Below, one piece after another: positions 24,407-37,190 of a stretch of 64,000 nucleotides of DNA (the stretch's first letter is position 1; every line of letters starts with the position of its first letter). Source of the stretch: Harriotta raleighana. Its lineage: Eukaryota. The stretch covers positions 2,768,503-2,832,502 of the forward strand of contig JBNZDD010013730.1 in NCBI GenBank assembly GCA_050575255.1. The letters are read 5' to 3'. The notes below the pieces were generated by a model that was given only the letters and a program-made list of their open reading frames with translations, had not been told where the DNA came from and searched no databases. The translations under genes were made by a program, and so were the position numbers.

Positions 24407-25788
24407 TGATAATGCTACCCTGGTTCACAATTCACAATCCATTTTACATATATAGCACAATACGGCTGAGATAAGCTCATAGCAGAGGGTTCTCGTGATC
24501 TTTTTGGCCGTGTACCTCATCAAAATTGACTGGCGTGGAGAGAGAGTCCAAATTCTGAATTTAAATACTATTTTTATTCCCCGCCTAATGGTACGCTTGG
24601 GAGATTTTTAATCTCCATAATAAGAAGCCTGGATTTAAATACGGTGCTTGATTGAGTCATCAAAATGTCCCAAGTGTTCCAGAGGATCCGACTGTTTGTG
24701 TCGTGACTAACTTAGCTAAAAGTGACAGTGGATTTGTATCTGGTAATGTCCCACAAACCACTGTGAGATGAATCACCAATTTTAGGACACTGGGACAAAA
24801 CTCTTTATTTTTTGAAGAGTCATTTTGACTCCTTAACAACCCAATGAAATGAACTGTAGACTGATGCTACCATTGCAATTGCAATCGACAGAACATGCCT
24901 TCCGGACGCCAAAATCCAAATGATTTCTTTTTCCTCGATGAACGCTATGATGACTCCATTGATCAAATAATTGATTCAAAAGATTGAAAAAGAGGCAGCA
25001 TAACTGGTTCATGAGTGGAGTACAGCCTCTCAGCTTGACGCTGCCAAAAGTGTACTGTGTTCACTGAGAATAGACCTTGCAAAAAAAAATAGGAAAAGAA
25101 AAATATAAAAATAGACAAAACATTTCTGTAACACAAGTCTTGAGAAACAGCTGGCAAAAGTGCAATTATAGTAATACTTCTATTTCTGTCTGGCTGGAAG
25201 ATTTAAAAATGCAACCACTCCCATTTTAAAAAGACTTCAACATATGTTAGTTGGAAGTTATTCCGAATAATAGCTTTGATTCGCTGGCTAACCAATCTAC
25301 TGTATTTGCCAGTACATTAGCAAACAAAAGTTGTTCTTAAAATTTGCTATAACACATCATAAGCTGTTTCTTTCTCTGCTGGTGTCAAGTTACATACGAG
25401 AACCCAATTAAAGGGACAGATAAACCTTCGAAACATTTAAAGGAGGAAGCGGTGACAGCTCGCGAGGCGAGGCACTTTGCGAAGGAAGGGAAATTGCGGG
25501 TGCCTCATGCACATGGCAGGCAGGAAGTGACATTAATAGTAACCTGTCAATTCAGGATCAAGCGTGTTTTCAAGCTTTATTTTAAACCAGCCTCAGTTTA
25601 TATACCAGATCACAAGGCTATGAATTAGGTTGCGCTGTAAAAAGGACAGCTTGCAGAGACTGCAATAGCACAGACACAATTGGCTCCTTTCCTGAAATTT
25701 CTGTTTAGCTCAGGAGCCTAAGATGCATTTATTGACTTCCAAAAGAAGGACACAGGATAGCATTACTGCTGTTAATCAGCGACTTGAA

Positions 25789-25995
25789 ATAATAATAATC
25801 CTCCTTGCATTTCATATAGCGCTTTTCACGTCTTCTAGACGTCTCAAAGCGCTTTACGGAATATACTGTAAAGTGAATTGACTGTATATTTGTGAGCGAA
25901 ACGCAGCAGCTAATTACGCACAGCAGTGGCCCACAAACAGTCGTGGATTGAAATGACCAATTTCATTATTGTTTTTATTCAGGAATTATTATTTT
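25789..25995 (-). mobile_element. Deu-core SINE 3' portion, abutting a + strand L2 tail at 25996-26037
   Basis: Tail and core match the family. Confidence 0.8.
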
Positions 25996-26407
25996 GAGCG
26001 TGAAAGGCGCTTTCCAAGTGTACTTTTGTTGTTGTTGTAATGCGTTTGGATCGAGGGTAATGGCTGTTCATGTGAGATCTTGTCTCCTTAGACTACGTGG
26101 ACTCAAGTGAAAGCAGGATTTCCTTTCCTTTTTGTAATACTATGTTTGAATCAAATGGCCTCAAATGATTCATTGCTATGAATAAAGCCAATGCGCTTTC
26201 TGTAACATTTCAGATGTGTCTAATTTCCCAAATGCAAACAGCAGAAAGCAACAGCAACATTCATTATCACTGAATGCGTTTTACACAACACAGCAATCGG
26301 TGCTAACAGCTTCTGTGAGTAATTATCAAAGTGGTTTAATTTCAAAGTGAAACATTAGTCAATATAACGGGTACTTAAATAGGACAAAACTCTGTGGAAT
26401 ACATTAA

Positions 26408-26413
26408 TTTATT
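26408..26413 (-). promoter_or_regulatory. Candidate distal FNBP1L polyadenylation signal
   Basis: TTTATT on + (AATAAA on -) at the end of a 2.8-kb AT-rich stretch lacking recognisable repeats after the last exon; other candidates at 28374, 25728, 25576. Confidence 0.45.
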
Positions 26414-29170
26414 TAAACAATTCTCAACAAAGTAATTTAAACAGTGTTTTAAAAACAAGTCAAAAAATCAAGGCATACATAAACATTAATTCAAACCGTA
26501 GCTGTTTTTCAGCCTACATTCTACTTTGCCCGACAACTTGAGTTACAATTTTAACCCTATCCTCACACACTGTATACAACTTGAAAAATGTTACGATGTG
26601 CAAGTACAATCTTCTGAGTTAATGTTCTCCTTTTTACTCATATCTGGTAAATAGTCCTCACAAAAAGCAGCATGTCTAAAAATTACATTACAAAGCAAAA
26701 GCATTACATTAAGAACTAGATTCATCAACTCCAGTTGTCTAACCGCAGATTTATAACTACGCAAATAACTTTTCTATTACATTCTAGGACTTTCACAGTT
26801 AACCTCTGAAAATATCAAAAAGATCAGATCATTCATCCTTAGTAGTGGCTTCTTAAAAGAGATTATTCTCCATCGCATCACCAATACTCTCATACTGGCT
26901 TGTGACAGTGAAGCACAACAAAACAAATTGTGTGCTACACTTTTAAGTGAATTTTGTACTGCCAATTTATACTGATTACACAATTTTTAAAAAACACATA
27001 CATACTGAATATGTGGAAATACGAAGACAGTTTTGCTTTGAATTTTTTGATATAAAGTTATTTCTTTTTAAACCAAATATTCCTAATATTTAAAAGGATT
27101 AGTTACATGCACTTAACTAGATGAAAAATTAAGTGTGTATCTAATCTGTCACAATACTGTCGTCGCTTAACAGGAATTCACAGTGAAACAGGCGTAAAAA
27201 TGTTTTGTTGGATACTACTCAATGAATATTTTTTCACTTAGTTAAATGTTTTCATGGGGTTATTCATGTAGGTAATTATACAAAGTTTCCCATTAACTTC
27301 TATTTGCTTTTTACTGGATATTTGCAGAACACATATTTCGGCTAGCTTCCAAGTGTTATGTTCTTATCTGTGCCATTTCCATCTCAACTTGTCTGGTTTT
27401 AATCAAATTATTATTTAAACAAAACATTAATGTTTCTCTTTGTACAATACACTATTGTTTCTTCAAATCAAGACCATTTAACTTCTTTGCAAAAGGTCCC
27501 ACACTTTTTACAATCTCCTCATGCTTCTATTATGGGAATGCACGCACACACCAACACATACATCTATTTGGTAAAAATCTATTTAAAGTGGACAATTCTT
27601 CAATGTAAGAAATATTTAGTTATTGAGTTTGAAAAAGGGCAGGAACAGAAATTCCTGCTTTACCTAGAAACGTATTCATTGCAGCACTGAGAAAAATCTA
27701 CAATTAGGATCACGGAATGAATACCGACAAGCATGTAAAAGGACAATATTTGCATTTCATGCAGTTTTAAGTATTCTGAAAAAACATCTGCACTTACTGC
27801 TTAACAAGATAAAAGTGCACGTGGTTTAGATTACGTACAATATCCACAAAAGTCAACATATTCCTACGTCGACATATGAGGCCACATCAGAATACAGCAC
27901 CAGTATAGCTATTCCGATTAAATCATAAGGTCGTATAAACTAAAAAGTTGTTTTCTAAAAGTCAAACCCGGTAGGAGAAAAAATAATTATAAAATTCTAA
28001 TTTTTAAAAAAAAAAATACATTTCAAAAAACAATTTTGTTTTAACCCATACAAATCTTTAGTATTAAAAACAATATAAATAGACTGAAATTTAGTTGCAC
28101 AATTCCTCAAGTATTATAATACATTTATCTACTATATATGCCTACATCAGCAGCTGGAGTACCAAGAGAATAATACATAAATCAATCAAACCAATGAGCT
28201 GCCATGAGCCTGAAACACAGGAAAGCCTATGAGAGACGACTAGAAATAAACAGTCAGCAGATTTAGGCACTCTTCTGTTAAAACAGTGGATTTTAAGGCA
28301 GCAGATGTTCAATGAAATAGTGGTAAAATTATATAGAGTTGGTGTTTCTTCACAGAGCCCACGGTGCACATTTTTTATTGAAAGAAAAACAAATCTGTGG
28401 CAAATTGTCTCTGTTTATAGTGAACTCTTTCTGCTTTCCTGAAGCCAAATGTAGTTTTTTTCCATTCGTGCTTCCAATGACTCTTGATTTTGACCGATTC
28501 AATACTCAAAACAAAAATTGCAGGCCAGAAGCAAGAAAGGAGGAGAACGTGTATATACGGTACACAGACAACAATGAACACTAGCACTCGGGGAGATTTT
28601 AAATGCAGACTGACATGGGTCACACTACAAAAATCATGCAGTGAACAGGGCACATACAGATAGCAGCACCAATGAAAATGGAATGGGTCTACAGATGCTA
28701 AATGTTTCAAAGGGCTGACTTTGACTAACAGTCAGTAAAACAGGCCAAACAGTGCAGTAGAAATATTTCTGAAGTGAATATTTTGACTGAAGTACTAGGG
28801 CATGCAACAGCAAATTAGGGTGAGCATGTACGATGGCACAGAAAGACAACACTCAAGTTTTTAAAAATAACATGATGGTCAAGCCATATATTGTTATATG
28901 TGCTGTACCTTGGGACAGATTAAACTTTGGCATTGATTAGACTTGTGAAATACTATATTATTGATTTACCAGAGCACATGAATTACATTGAGAATGGTGT
29001 TAATCATGTTAGTGATGAAATAAAACCTCTAAACAAACATGCAATTTCCTCCTCCCTTTTCACCTAGTAGCCTCAATCATTCAACTAGTGTTCTTTCCCC
29101 ACCCAAAAGAGCAGCTGCATGCAACTTCCTTCAATGCCTCGCCCAATGTTTCAAGAACCCACACACCAAT

Positions 29171-29178
29171 TCAGGAAC
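29171..29178 (-). CDS. FNBP1L: FNBP1L terminal exon coding part (...KGS*)
   Basis: Minus strand ctttctttttctctcctctggactgcag|GT TCC TGA; joins the donor after 30012 to give EKNSKGS*, the recalled canonical human ending. Confidence 0.88.
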
Positions 29179-29991
29179 CTGCAGTCCAGAGGAGAGAAAA
29201 AGAAAGCACCATTACTAAATTCATTTGGACCGAAGGAAAAGAAAACTAAAGGTAGAAACTGCAGAATTTTAAGACAGACAGACAGACCCAATAACGTTTA
29301 AATTAAAGAAAGCATCAGATTGGCAACCAGGCTTTAAAATCAATTAAGCTTAAATTGGCTCAAGGCAGATTTTGTGCGAGAAATGACTAAAATATTACTC
29401 GGGTAAAATTCTCCAGATCATTCTTAGTTAAAATGTAGGTGAAATGTCTAGCTTTTAGTGAATCATGAGCATAAATACTTCAATGAACCCCTTGTATTCA
29501 AAGGTTATTTATTGCAAACATAGTATGATATTTAATTATATAAATTTATCAATAAAATTGCTAAGAAACAGCATTAGATAACATTGCAAAATAATACAAA
29601 TTCTGTGGCCAAAACTTTACATACCAAAAATTGAAAAACCTATCATTAACCAATTAAAATATGTATAAAACACCAAGAACCATCACCTGTATATATACGT
29701 ATTCACAACATTTAATGCAACTGGAATGATAACAATTATTATTGCATCGAGCAATATTAGGATTCAACGGTTTTCAAATAGTTTTGACATACAATAACCC
29801 AGTTCTGGCATATTCCAAATAACTAAAACACATTTTTTTTTAATTCAGTAACAAAGTTTGGCTCACATGGTGAACAAGCAATTTAATAACAGGAACATGG
29901 GAAGGAAAAGGATTTAGTCCGAATGTTTCAATTAACTATTGAAATCCATCTTTCCTGCCCCTGTAAGCGTTTAACCACATGCAGGTTATAT

Positions 29992-30170
29992 TTATATATA
30001 AGTCACTGCACCTTTACTGTTCTTCTCTAGCGTAATATCTATATACGAAGTTGGCACATATCCTTCTTCTCCATTCTGTTTCCGAGCTCTTGTCCAACCG
30101 TCTCCTTTATCTTCTTCAATAACATACATTACCTCTCCTTCTTGCATCAATAACGTTCCTTCATTTTGTC
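29992..30170 (-). CDS. FNBP1L: FNBP1L exon 16, SH3 domain; unspliced form ends KGAVTYI*
   Basis: catag|GA CAA AAT; [58 protein letters not shown]; internal donor AAAG|gtgcag at 30012/30011. Confidence 0.95.
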
Positions 30171-30784
30171 CTATGAAGATAAAAAAAAATTGACATCTAA
30201 CATTGACAAGTCTTCAGACACAGCTGCAGAATTTATCTGGTGTTGGCTGCTCTATAGCAAGAATGATCAAAAATGATTGATGCAATTCTCAGTAGGCTTG
30301 TAGCCAAGCTACCCTGGTTCATGCTCTGGAATGCACATCAGCTTTTAGTTCAATAGATTACAAATCTATTGGAAATCTAAAATTTTTTAAAAAGCTTGAA
30401 ATGCAAGAGAAGGTTGTGTTTTCGCAAAATTCTAATACTTTTTTTTCTTTTAGATGTAAATTCTGTAAAACTGCATTTTCTAAAATTGTTCTAGTGCGCA
30501 AAAAATCTATATTCACAAATTTAATTTAAAAATCTTCATTAAATGTTTTTTTTCCTGCAGCCTTGTTGTAAACATTCCAGTCAGGAGAACACGCGAGCAG
30601 TTTGAATGGAGCTAGAAATATTTCTGTAAAACGAACAACTTGCATTAAACAAATTGATGTCACATTGCTTAAACCAACACTCCAGTTTAACACAATGGTA
30701 ATTGCAAAAATCTATTGCAGGTAAAAGAAAATCACAAATTGTTAAAACCGATACGGAAAACTCTTTCATGATGTCATTTGCTTG

Positions 30785-31443
30785 TAATAACAACAACAAG
30801 AAGATTGCATTTATAGAGCGCGTTTCACGTCAGGAGGACGTCCCAAGGCGCTGGACAGTTGGTTTAGGACCCGAGCAGAGGGAAATGTTCAGGGCGAGGG
30901 GAGGGGAGGGAGAGCGCGAGGAGGGGGTAGAGACTCGAGAGGGGAGCTGAAGGCACGGTCGAAGAGAAAGGTCTTGAGACCGGCCTTGAAAGAGGAAAGG
31001 GACGAAGCGAGCCGAAGGCACTGGGGGATGGAGTTCCAGAGCCTGGGGGCTGAGTGGCTGAAAGCCCGGCCGCCAATGGTAGGACGGTTAGGGCAGGGGA
31101 CGTGGAGCAGACCAGAGCCAGAGGAACGGAGGGTACGGGCAGGTAGATAGGGGGATAGTAGGTCGGAGAGGTAGGAGGGAGCAAGGTCGTGAATGGCCTT
31201 GTAGGTAAGGATGAGGATCTTCAATTTGATCCTCTGGGGGATGGGGAGCCAGTGGAGGGTGGGAGTGATGTGGTCATGAAGCCTGGTGCGGGAGAGTACA
31301 CGAGCTGCAGAGTTCTGGATGACCTGCAGCTTGTGGATGGAGGAGCCGGGAAGGCCTACGAGGAAAGAGTTCCCATAGTCCAGCCTTGAGGTGATGGCAT
31401 GGACTAGTGTTTCAGCAGCGTGAGGGGTGAGGCAGTGTCGTAG
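30785..31443 (-). mobile_element. L2 LINE 3' fragment (young)
   Basis: ORF 30889-31224 [22 protein letters not shown]...[17 protein letters not shown]...[10 protein letters not shown] is the L2 ORF2 C-terminus; (GTT)n tail. Confidence 0.9.
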
Positions 31444-31639
31444 TCTGACTGATGGATATGTTTTTTTGTTGCAGAATTTTCAGAAACAAAATTGAGTATC
31501 AAAAGAAACTTCTATATCTTTTGTGGAAATTTGGAAAAGAAAATACTGTGTAGCATAAAGCGTAACAACAACAACAACAAAATTACACTTATAGAGCGAG
31601 TTTCCCGTCAGGAGGTTCAGAGCAAACTGAAAACCCTAC

Positions 31640-31794
31640 CATCAAATGGGTACAGTGATTTGCAGTGGCCAATAGCAGGGAGAGGCTCATCATCTTCAAA
31701 TTCATCCTCAAATTCAGGGGCCTGGCGCGAGTCCGGGTTTCTGTGATGCCCTTTTTGTTCCTGGTTTGCATCGTCTGTGTAACTCCCTTCGGGG
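31640..31794 (-). CDS. FNBP1L: FNBP1L exon 15 (acidic stretch, SH3 start)
   Basis: catcag|C...G|gtaggg, 155 nt; [12 protein letters not shown]...[25 protein letters not shown]. Confidence 0.95.
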
Positions 31795-32201
31795 CTGATG
31801 GTAATCCAGTGATATGAAAAGGTTAATTACATTTTACAACATTTAGCCAAGCTCTCTTTTTTTAATATAAATGTCTAGGTTTAAATTAACTTGTTTTATT
31901 GCATTCAGGGGCATCGATTGCAAATGAGAGGGTATTTAGCTTTAATTACTCTTGGATGTGCACCAGAGGAAATCACTCACAGAAGAATTAATTTGCATTA
32001 TTACGGAGTCTAACATCAAAGATTGTCAAAGTACTACTTCATAATTTTCATGTGCACTGAATTTTGAAACCAAAGGCTTCACCTGGATTAATACAATATA
32101 CTTTAAAATTTTAAAAGATTATTTAAGGGGAGGAGGGGTTGACTAGGTACACAAGTACAATCACATGTACTTTTGTTTAAAAGTGTTAAATGCATAAATA
32201 C

Positions 32202-32314
32202 CTTTCTCTTCCTGGTGTTCCATGATGATTGGACTCAGGACGGTCAAACATGCCAGCACTTAACCTCCTATCTATTCTTCCAGTTCCTCTGCCTTCAACT
32301 TCAGACAGCCATGA
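32202..32314 (-). CDS. FNBP1L: FNBP1L exon 14
   Basis: tttaag|TCA...AG|gtattt, 113 nt; SWLSEVEGRGTGRIDRRLSAGMFDRPESNHHGTPGRES. Confidence 0.92.
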
Positions 32315-32871
32315 CTTAAAAAGATCAACACAGCAACAGATTAAGAACCCAAAATAATCTATCAGCAGTATATATTAAGTCAAACTGTCACAGTAATATC
32401 AAGAGTCAACGGATCCTCAAGATTCTTCCACCAACCACAGTTTCATATGCACATTTTAATGTTACAACTTGACTTCTTAAGTTGTCTAGAGACGCTGCCC
32501 GGCGTGGAGGGCGCTGTATAAATTAAAGTTGTTGTTGTTTGTTCCATTTTGGCAATTAAGAATAAAGCGGCTTGTAATCATCATTGCATTGATCACCAAA
32601 ATGTGCAAAAGTGCAAAATATGAGGACCAATATTCGTACAGATCCAGGCCTCTTAAAAGAACCACAAATAAATCCTTGAGTTTTACTATTGCCATTACAT
32701 TTTTGATAAGACTCTCCTGTTTCAGTTGTTGGCAAGTACAGTATATAGTTTTAGATAGAGTGAATGAGATTAGGGATGAATGAGGATAATCTATGTGTGT
32801 TGATGTTACAATTGCAGAGTACTCAGTTCTACTTTGTTTTAAACTATAGCAAGTCTCTGTCTTATAATACT

Positions 32872-33192
32872 AATAATAACCCTTGCATTTGATATAGCGG
32901 TTTTCAAGTCTTCTCAAGTCTTCAAAGCTCTTCACAGAATATACTGTCAAGTGAATTGACTGTATATTTGCGGGTGAAATGCGGCAGCTAATTGCACACA
33001 GCAGCGTCCCACAATCAGTCATGGATTGAAATGACCAATTTTTATTATTGTGTTTTTTTTTGAGGGATTATTATTAGGCGGGTGTGTGGAGTAAGGAAAC
33101 TTGCCCAAGGTTTCGCCCTGACCTGCCTGGATTCTAACACAGGTCTCACGCTTGCAAGGCGAGTGCTCTAACCACTGAGCTACAGGTCTTCC
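32872..33192 (-). mobile_element. Full-length Deu-core SINE
   Basis: Head starts about 8 nt after the FNBP1L exon 13 donor; A and B boxes, core, (ATT)n tail. Confidence 0.85.
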
Positions 33193-33200
33193 ATTATTAC

Positions 33201-33333
33201 CTCATTCTTCTGAACCTCCTGACGCAGTTTGTCAATGTTGCTCACAGTCTCTGCTATTCTTGGTTGCAAGCTGCTCGGATCACCCATCTGAGGATTTCGT
33301 TGATAAACGTCTTTCATTTTGTTTAAGGCATCT
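33201..33333 (-). CDS. FNBP1L: FNBP1L exon 13, HR1 domain
   Basis: aaacag|A...GAG|gtaata, 133 nt; [44 protein letters not shown] with the Cdc42-binding MGD motif. Confidence 0.96.
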
Positions 33334-33524
33334 CTGTTTAAGGCAAAAAAAAACACGATGAAGTTTCCTTTATCCAGCGGACACAATCCATTCACATCAT
33401 GATTATGGATAGACGAACGTGCCAGGTAACTCCACACTCAATGTTTCACCTATGATACAAGTGTTTCATTTATTATTTAGAAAATTCTAATTGAATAATT
33501 TTGAATTGTACATTTCCTATACAT

Positions 33525-33833
33525 AATTAATCCTTGGATTTGATTTATTGCCTTTCACGTCATCCAGACGTCTCAAAGCGCTCCACAGAATATACTATAA
33601 AGTGAACTGACCGTATATTTGTGGGCGAAACACGGCAGCCAATTGCGCACATCAGGGTCCCAAAAACAGTCATGGATTGAAATGACCGATTCATTTATTG
33701 TTTGTTTTCCCAAGGGATTATTATCATGCATATGGAGGAAGAAAACTTGCCCAAGATTTCGCTCTACCTGGAAATAAACCCAGGTGTCTCGCTTGCAAGG
33801 CGAGTACTCTATCCACTGAGCTGCAGGACGCCA
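33525..33833 (-). mobile_element. Full-length Deu-core SINE
   Basis: Matches the family along its full length. Confidence 0.82.
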
Positions 33834-33882
33834 CTCAGATATCTCTTATATGTGCAAAACAGTTCATTATTTGTCCTCATAC

Positions 33883-33992
33883 CTTTGGTCTACTTCTTTC
33901 TGCAACTCCTTATTAAGCTCATCAATCCTTTGCTGCAGTTTCTTTCGCCTCTGTTCAGGTGGCAGATGACTGAAGTCTTCCAATGGAGAACC
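33883..33992 (-). CDS. FNBP1L: FNBP1L exon 12, HR1 start
   Basis: tttcag|GGT...AG|gtatga, 110 nt; [36 protein letters not shown]. Confidence 0.96.
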
Positions 33993-35500
33993 CTGAAACG
34001 AAGATGAAATCCAAAGGTCACTCCAGAATACTCCCTAATGATTTTCGCACGTCTTAAGAGTATGGATAGAAAGAACAGACTGCTTAAATCCTTATATTCA
34101 TGCATTGTGATTGAAAAACATTCCATTAGATATTCAATTCAAACCACTCAATTTTAAAAAAAAATACATATTCACTTTCTATGTCTTAGTAAAATTGTCA
34201 ATGCTTTTGTTAAACAAACAATTCCTCGAGTATTACTGCAACCAATTCACTACGAGCTTTCCATATTCAGACTGCTTTCCATTTTTTTCTCATCCAATTT
34301 ATTCTCAAACTCCTGAAAGAGACTCATACTGGGTGTGGTTAATGATTAGGTTATGCAACCCATCAGCAGCATGCCTAAACCCATCCAGTTCTCAACAAAA
34401 TTTCCATGAGCATGCACTTTACAGTAGTGTTCACAGGATCAATGGGACCCAAGCCAAGGATGCCCTCCCTCTCTTTCATCATTTAGCCAAGACTGGTTTA
34501 AAAGCATTTGCCGCCAGGCTACAAAATCTGCTGAGACCAGGGATCAAATCTGGCATCTTCAATTTCACAAAAAGGTAGCAAAAAGTATATCATTCATTGT
34601 ACATCTTATTGGATCAATACGTTTCTTTGTAAGGGCGAACATGCAAAAATAAATGTAATCTCATATACTGAGCCCAACATTATATATACACATATAGACA
34701 CACATACAACAAAAACACACATACACATAGATTAGAAAAACTGGGATGAAAGGAGCAGTAGGTGGATATGTAAATTCAGATTGTGCAGCTGTGTAATTTA
34801 GCTCAACCTTTGGAAAGGAGTGGCTAGGGGTCATACCTAATAATGTCAGTTCAATATTCACATTTTTGTAAAATAAAGTTTACTTTATGGGGAAAATAAA
34901 TTACATTTATATTTTCCAAGACTAATGATATGCATGTACTCCTAGACTTCTAGCAGTTAATGCATGGAGTTAACTATTTAACTATTTAACTTAACTACTT
35001 AACTTAGAATCAGGATACTAGACTCAGGGGTTGATCGTTCTATGCAGGAAGATTGATTTTCTGAAAATTTCCTGCCCACTAGATGGCAAGCTATATACAG
35101 ACTTTGTATTGGGGGGTGAGGGGAGAGGGTGGGGGAGGCTGAAGCCAGGAAGAGATCAGTTTAAAGTGAAACAGTCATGGTGCTTTTAATTTTTATTTTA
35201 CAAAATTGCGTATACAACCTGCTAAAGATGAAAAATACGAAAGCATTGCACGTGTTATTTGTTTTGCAAAGAATACGAGCTACGTGGGGTGGAAATGGAG
35301 AACAGTACAGCAAATGCTCTAATAAAGCAAAACAAGTCAACGAGTACATTTCTTGCTGACAGTAAAATCACAGTATCCAAGAGTTAGAAAAGGATCAACA
35401 GCCCAGCAAGCTTTTTTTAAAAAAAAGACAACCATAAATATTTTCAAAATAAGAGTACTACAGTTTTTTAAAAGATTATTTTGTTCAATGTGGCGCTTAC

Positions 35501-35515
35501 CAGCTTTATTGAAAG
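35501..35515 (-). CDS. FNBP1L: FNBP1L 15-nt microexon (LSIKL)
   Basis: gagaag|CTT TCA ATA AAG CTG|gtaagc, phase 0/0, in the position of recalled human FNBP1L WSVKM and FNBP1 LSLKL. Confidence 0.82.
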
Positions 35516-37190
35516 CTTCTCAGTTCATATGAAAAAGAAAGGAATTATTACAAACTGTCTACGCTTACACCAAATAAAAGTATGCAAGCATTTAAATAGC
35601 ATCAAACACATTTAACTTGCTGCATCCCTACATAAATTCAGTTTCTAAACAATTAGTGTAGTGTACTAAGTGTATTGCACTGAAGTTAAGCACTATAGGA
35701 GGACCAGTCATTTTAGATACAAACATTATTGCAATATGGCATCCAATATAAACTCGTTCTTTTGATTTCCCTTTTAATGTTCTTTTGATTTCCCTTTTAA
35801 TACCGCAGCATTTTTCTTTGACTAGATTAATGTTTTAATCAAAGAGTAACTAACGTGAACATAATGTACACAATAACATTCAGCCTCAAAGAATGCTGAT
35901 TTTCTGATCAGAGAATATCTCAGCAGGATTGATTTCCTTGCTAAGGCACGGTGGTTTTAAGATGCATTATCACCAAGTCAGAAATCCAGTAGTAGTTTTT
36001 CCTTCATGTTTTGTTATATATAAATATTATCTTTACAATCCAAGAATATCTGAGAATTTTTTTGTATTTTGAGTTTTGTAAGATATATATATATGCACAC
36101 ACACACACACACATAGCATGGTATTGATTGTGTAGCATTGTCCACACAGAGCAAGTTAAAAAGGAATGCTGCAACTTCACAAAATCACAAAATTGAACAC
36201 TGCAAACATGTTTCAAAATCACACACAGACTTCAGCACTGATATTCAACATAGAAGGCTTTTTTCAAGTATTTATGCAGAACTTTCATTCAATTAATAAG
36301 TGGGGAGTTCACAATGAGGGGGGATCTGTAATCCAGAGTCATAGCCATGGCCTTGATAAGATTTTTTTTCTTGTATTCTTAATTAAACACACATAGATCA
36401 AAATTATTCCGGTATCTAGTCCAGAATATGGTCAACAAACTCAAAAAAGTGTGACCTGGTCAATTTCTCCTCCATTTACATATTAGTCTTTTTACCTCAA
36501 CATAAATGCAAATCTAATGGTCATCTGGTATATTTCTGACATATTCTAATCTTAAAACGCTAGAAGCAATAGCACTAGATCTGGACGTCAAGCACATAGA
36601 AGTCAACACTAAGGATTCCAAATACTGTATCTATATTCTTAAGCGCTCTTAAGACGCTGCCCCTAAGTGGAGGGCACAATTTAAGTGAAAGTTGTTGTTG
36701 TAGTTGTAATAAGAGATATTCGTTATAATATTCTGTTCCCAGCAAAACATTCTGAACGATAACATAAAATTCCTCATGTCACAAATCATGCAACTCTATT
36801 ATTGTAGCAGAAAATACAAACACACACCAAACAGCACAATCAGAGTGGAGCAGTGCTCAACTGTTTTGAAATGAAGCCATCAATAAAACAGGGCTTTTAT
36901 GGTTAGGAGTGAAACGTAAATAGTTGTAGCTGCAACTCTGTCCATTGGAAAAACAAAAAATGCACTGCAAATCTAAGTACAGTAGTGTGTATTTGAATTC
37001 TAAAATATCAACTGACCATATGAGGAATATAGTTTGGATCAGTGGAGTTTAAACAAACTAAATAGGCAGTGGTAAAATAGTCATGTTCCAAGTTTTATTT
37101 ATTGATGAGCTAACCATGGAAGCCCCAATAGAAAACTCCACATCTATCAGCCACATGCTGCAATGTAAACTGTCCACATAAACCACTTAC

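Noticed and set aside
35756-35801. 23-bp tandem duplicate; short degenerate tandems at 34970-35006, 49340-49400, 58980-59036
   Set aside because: Ordinary slippage duplications with no further structure.
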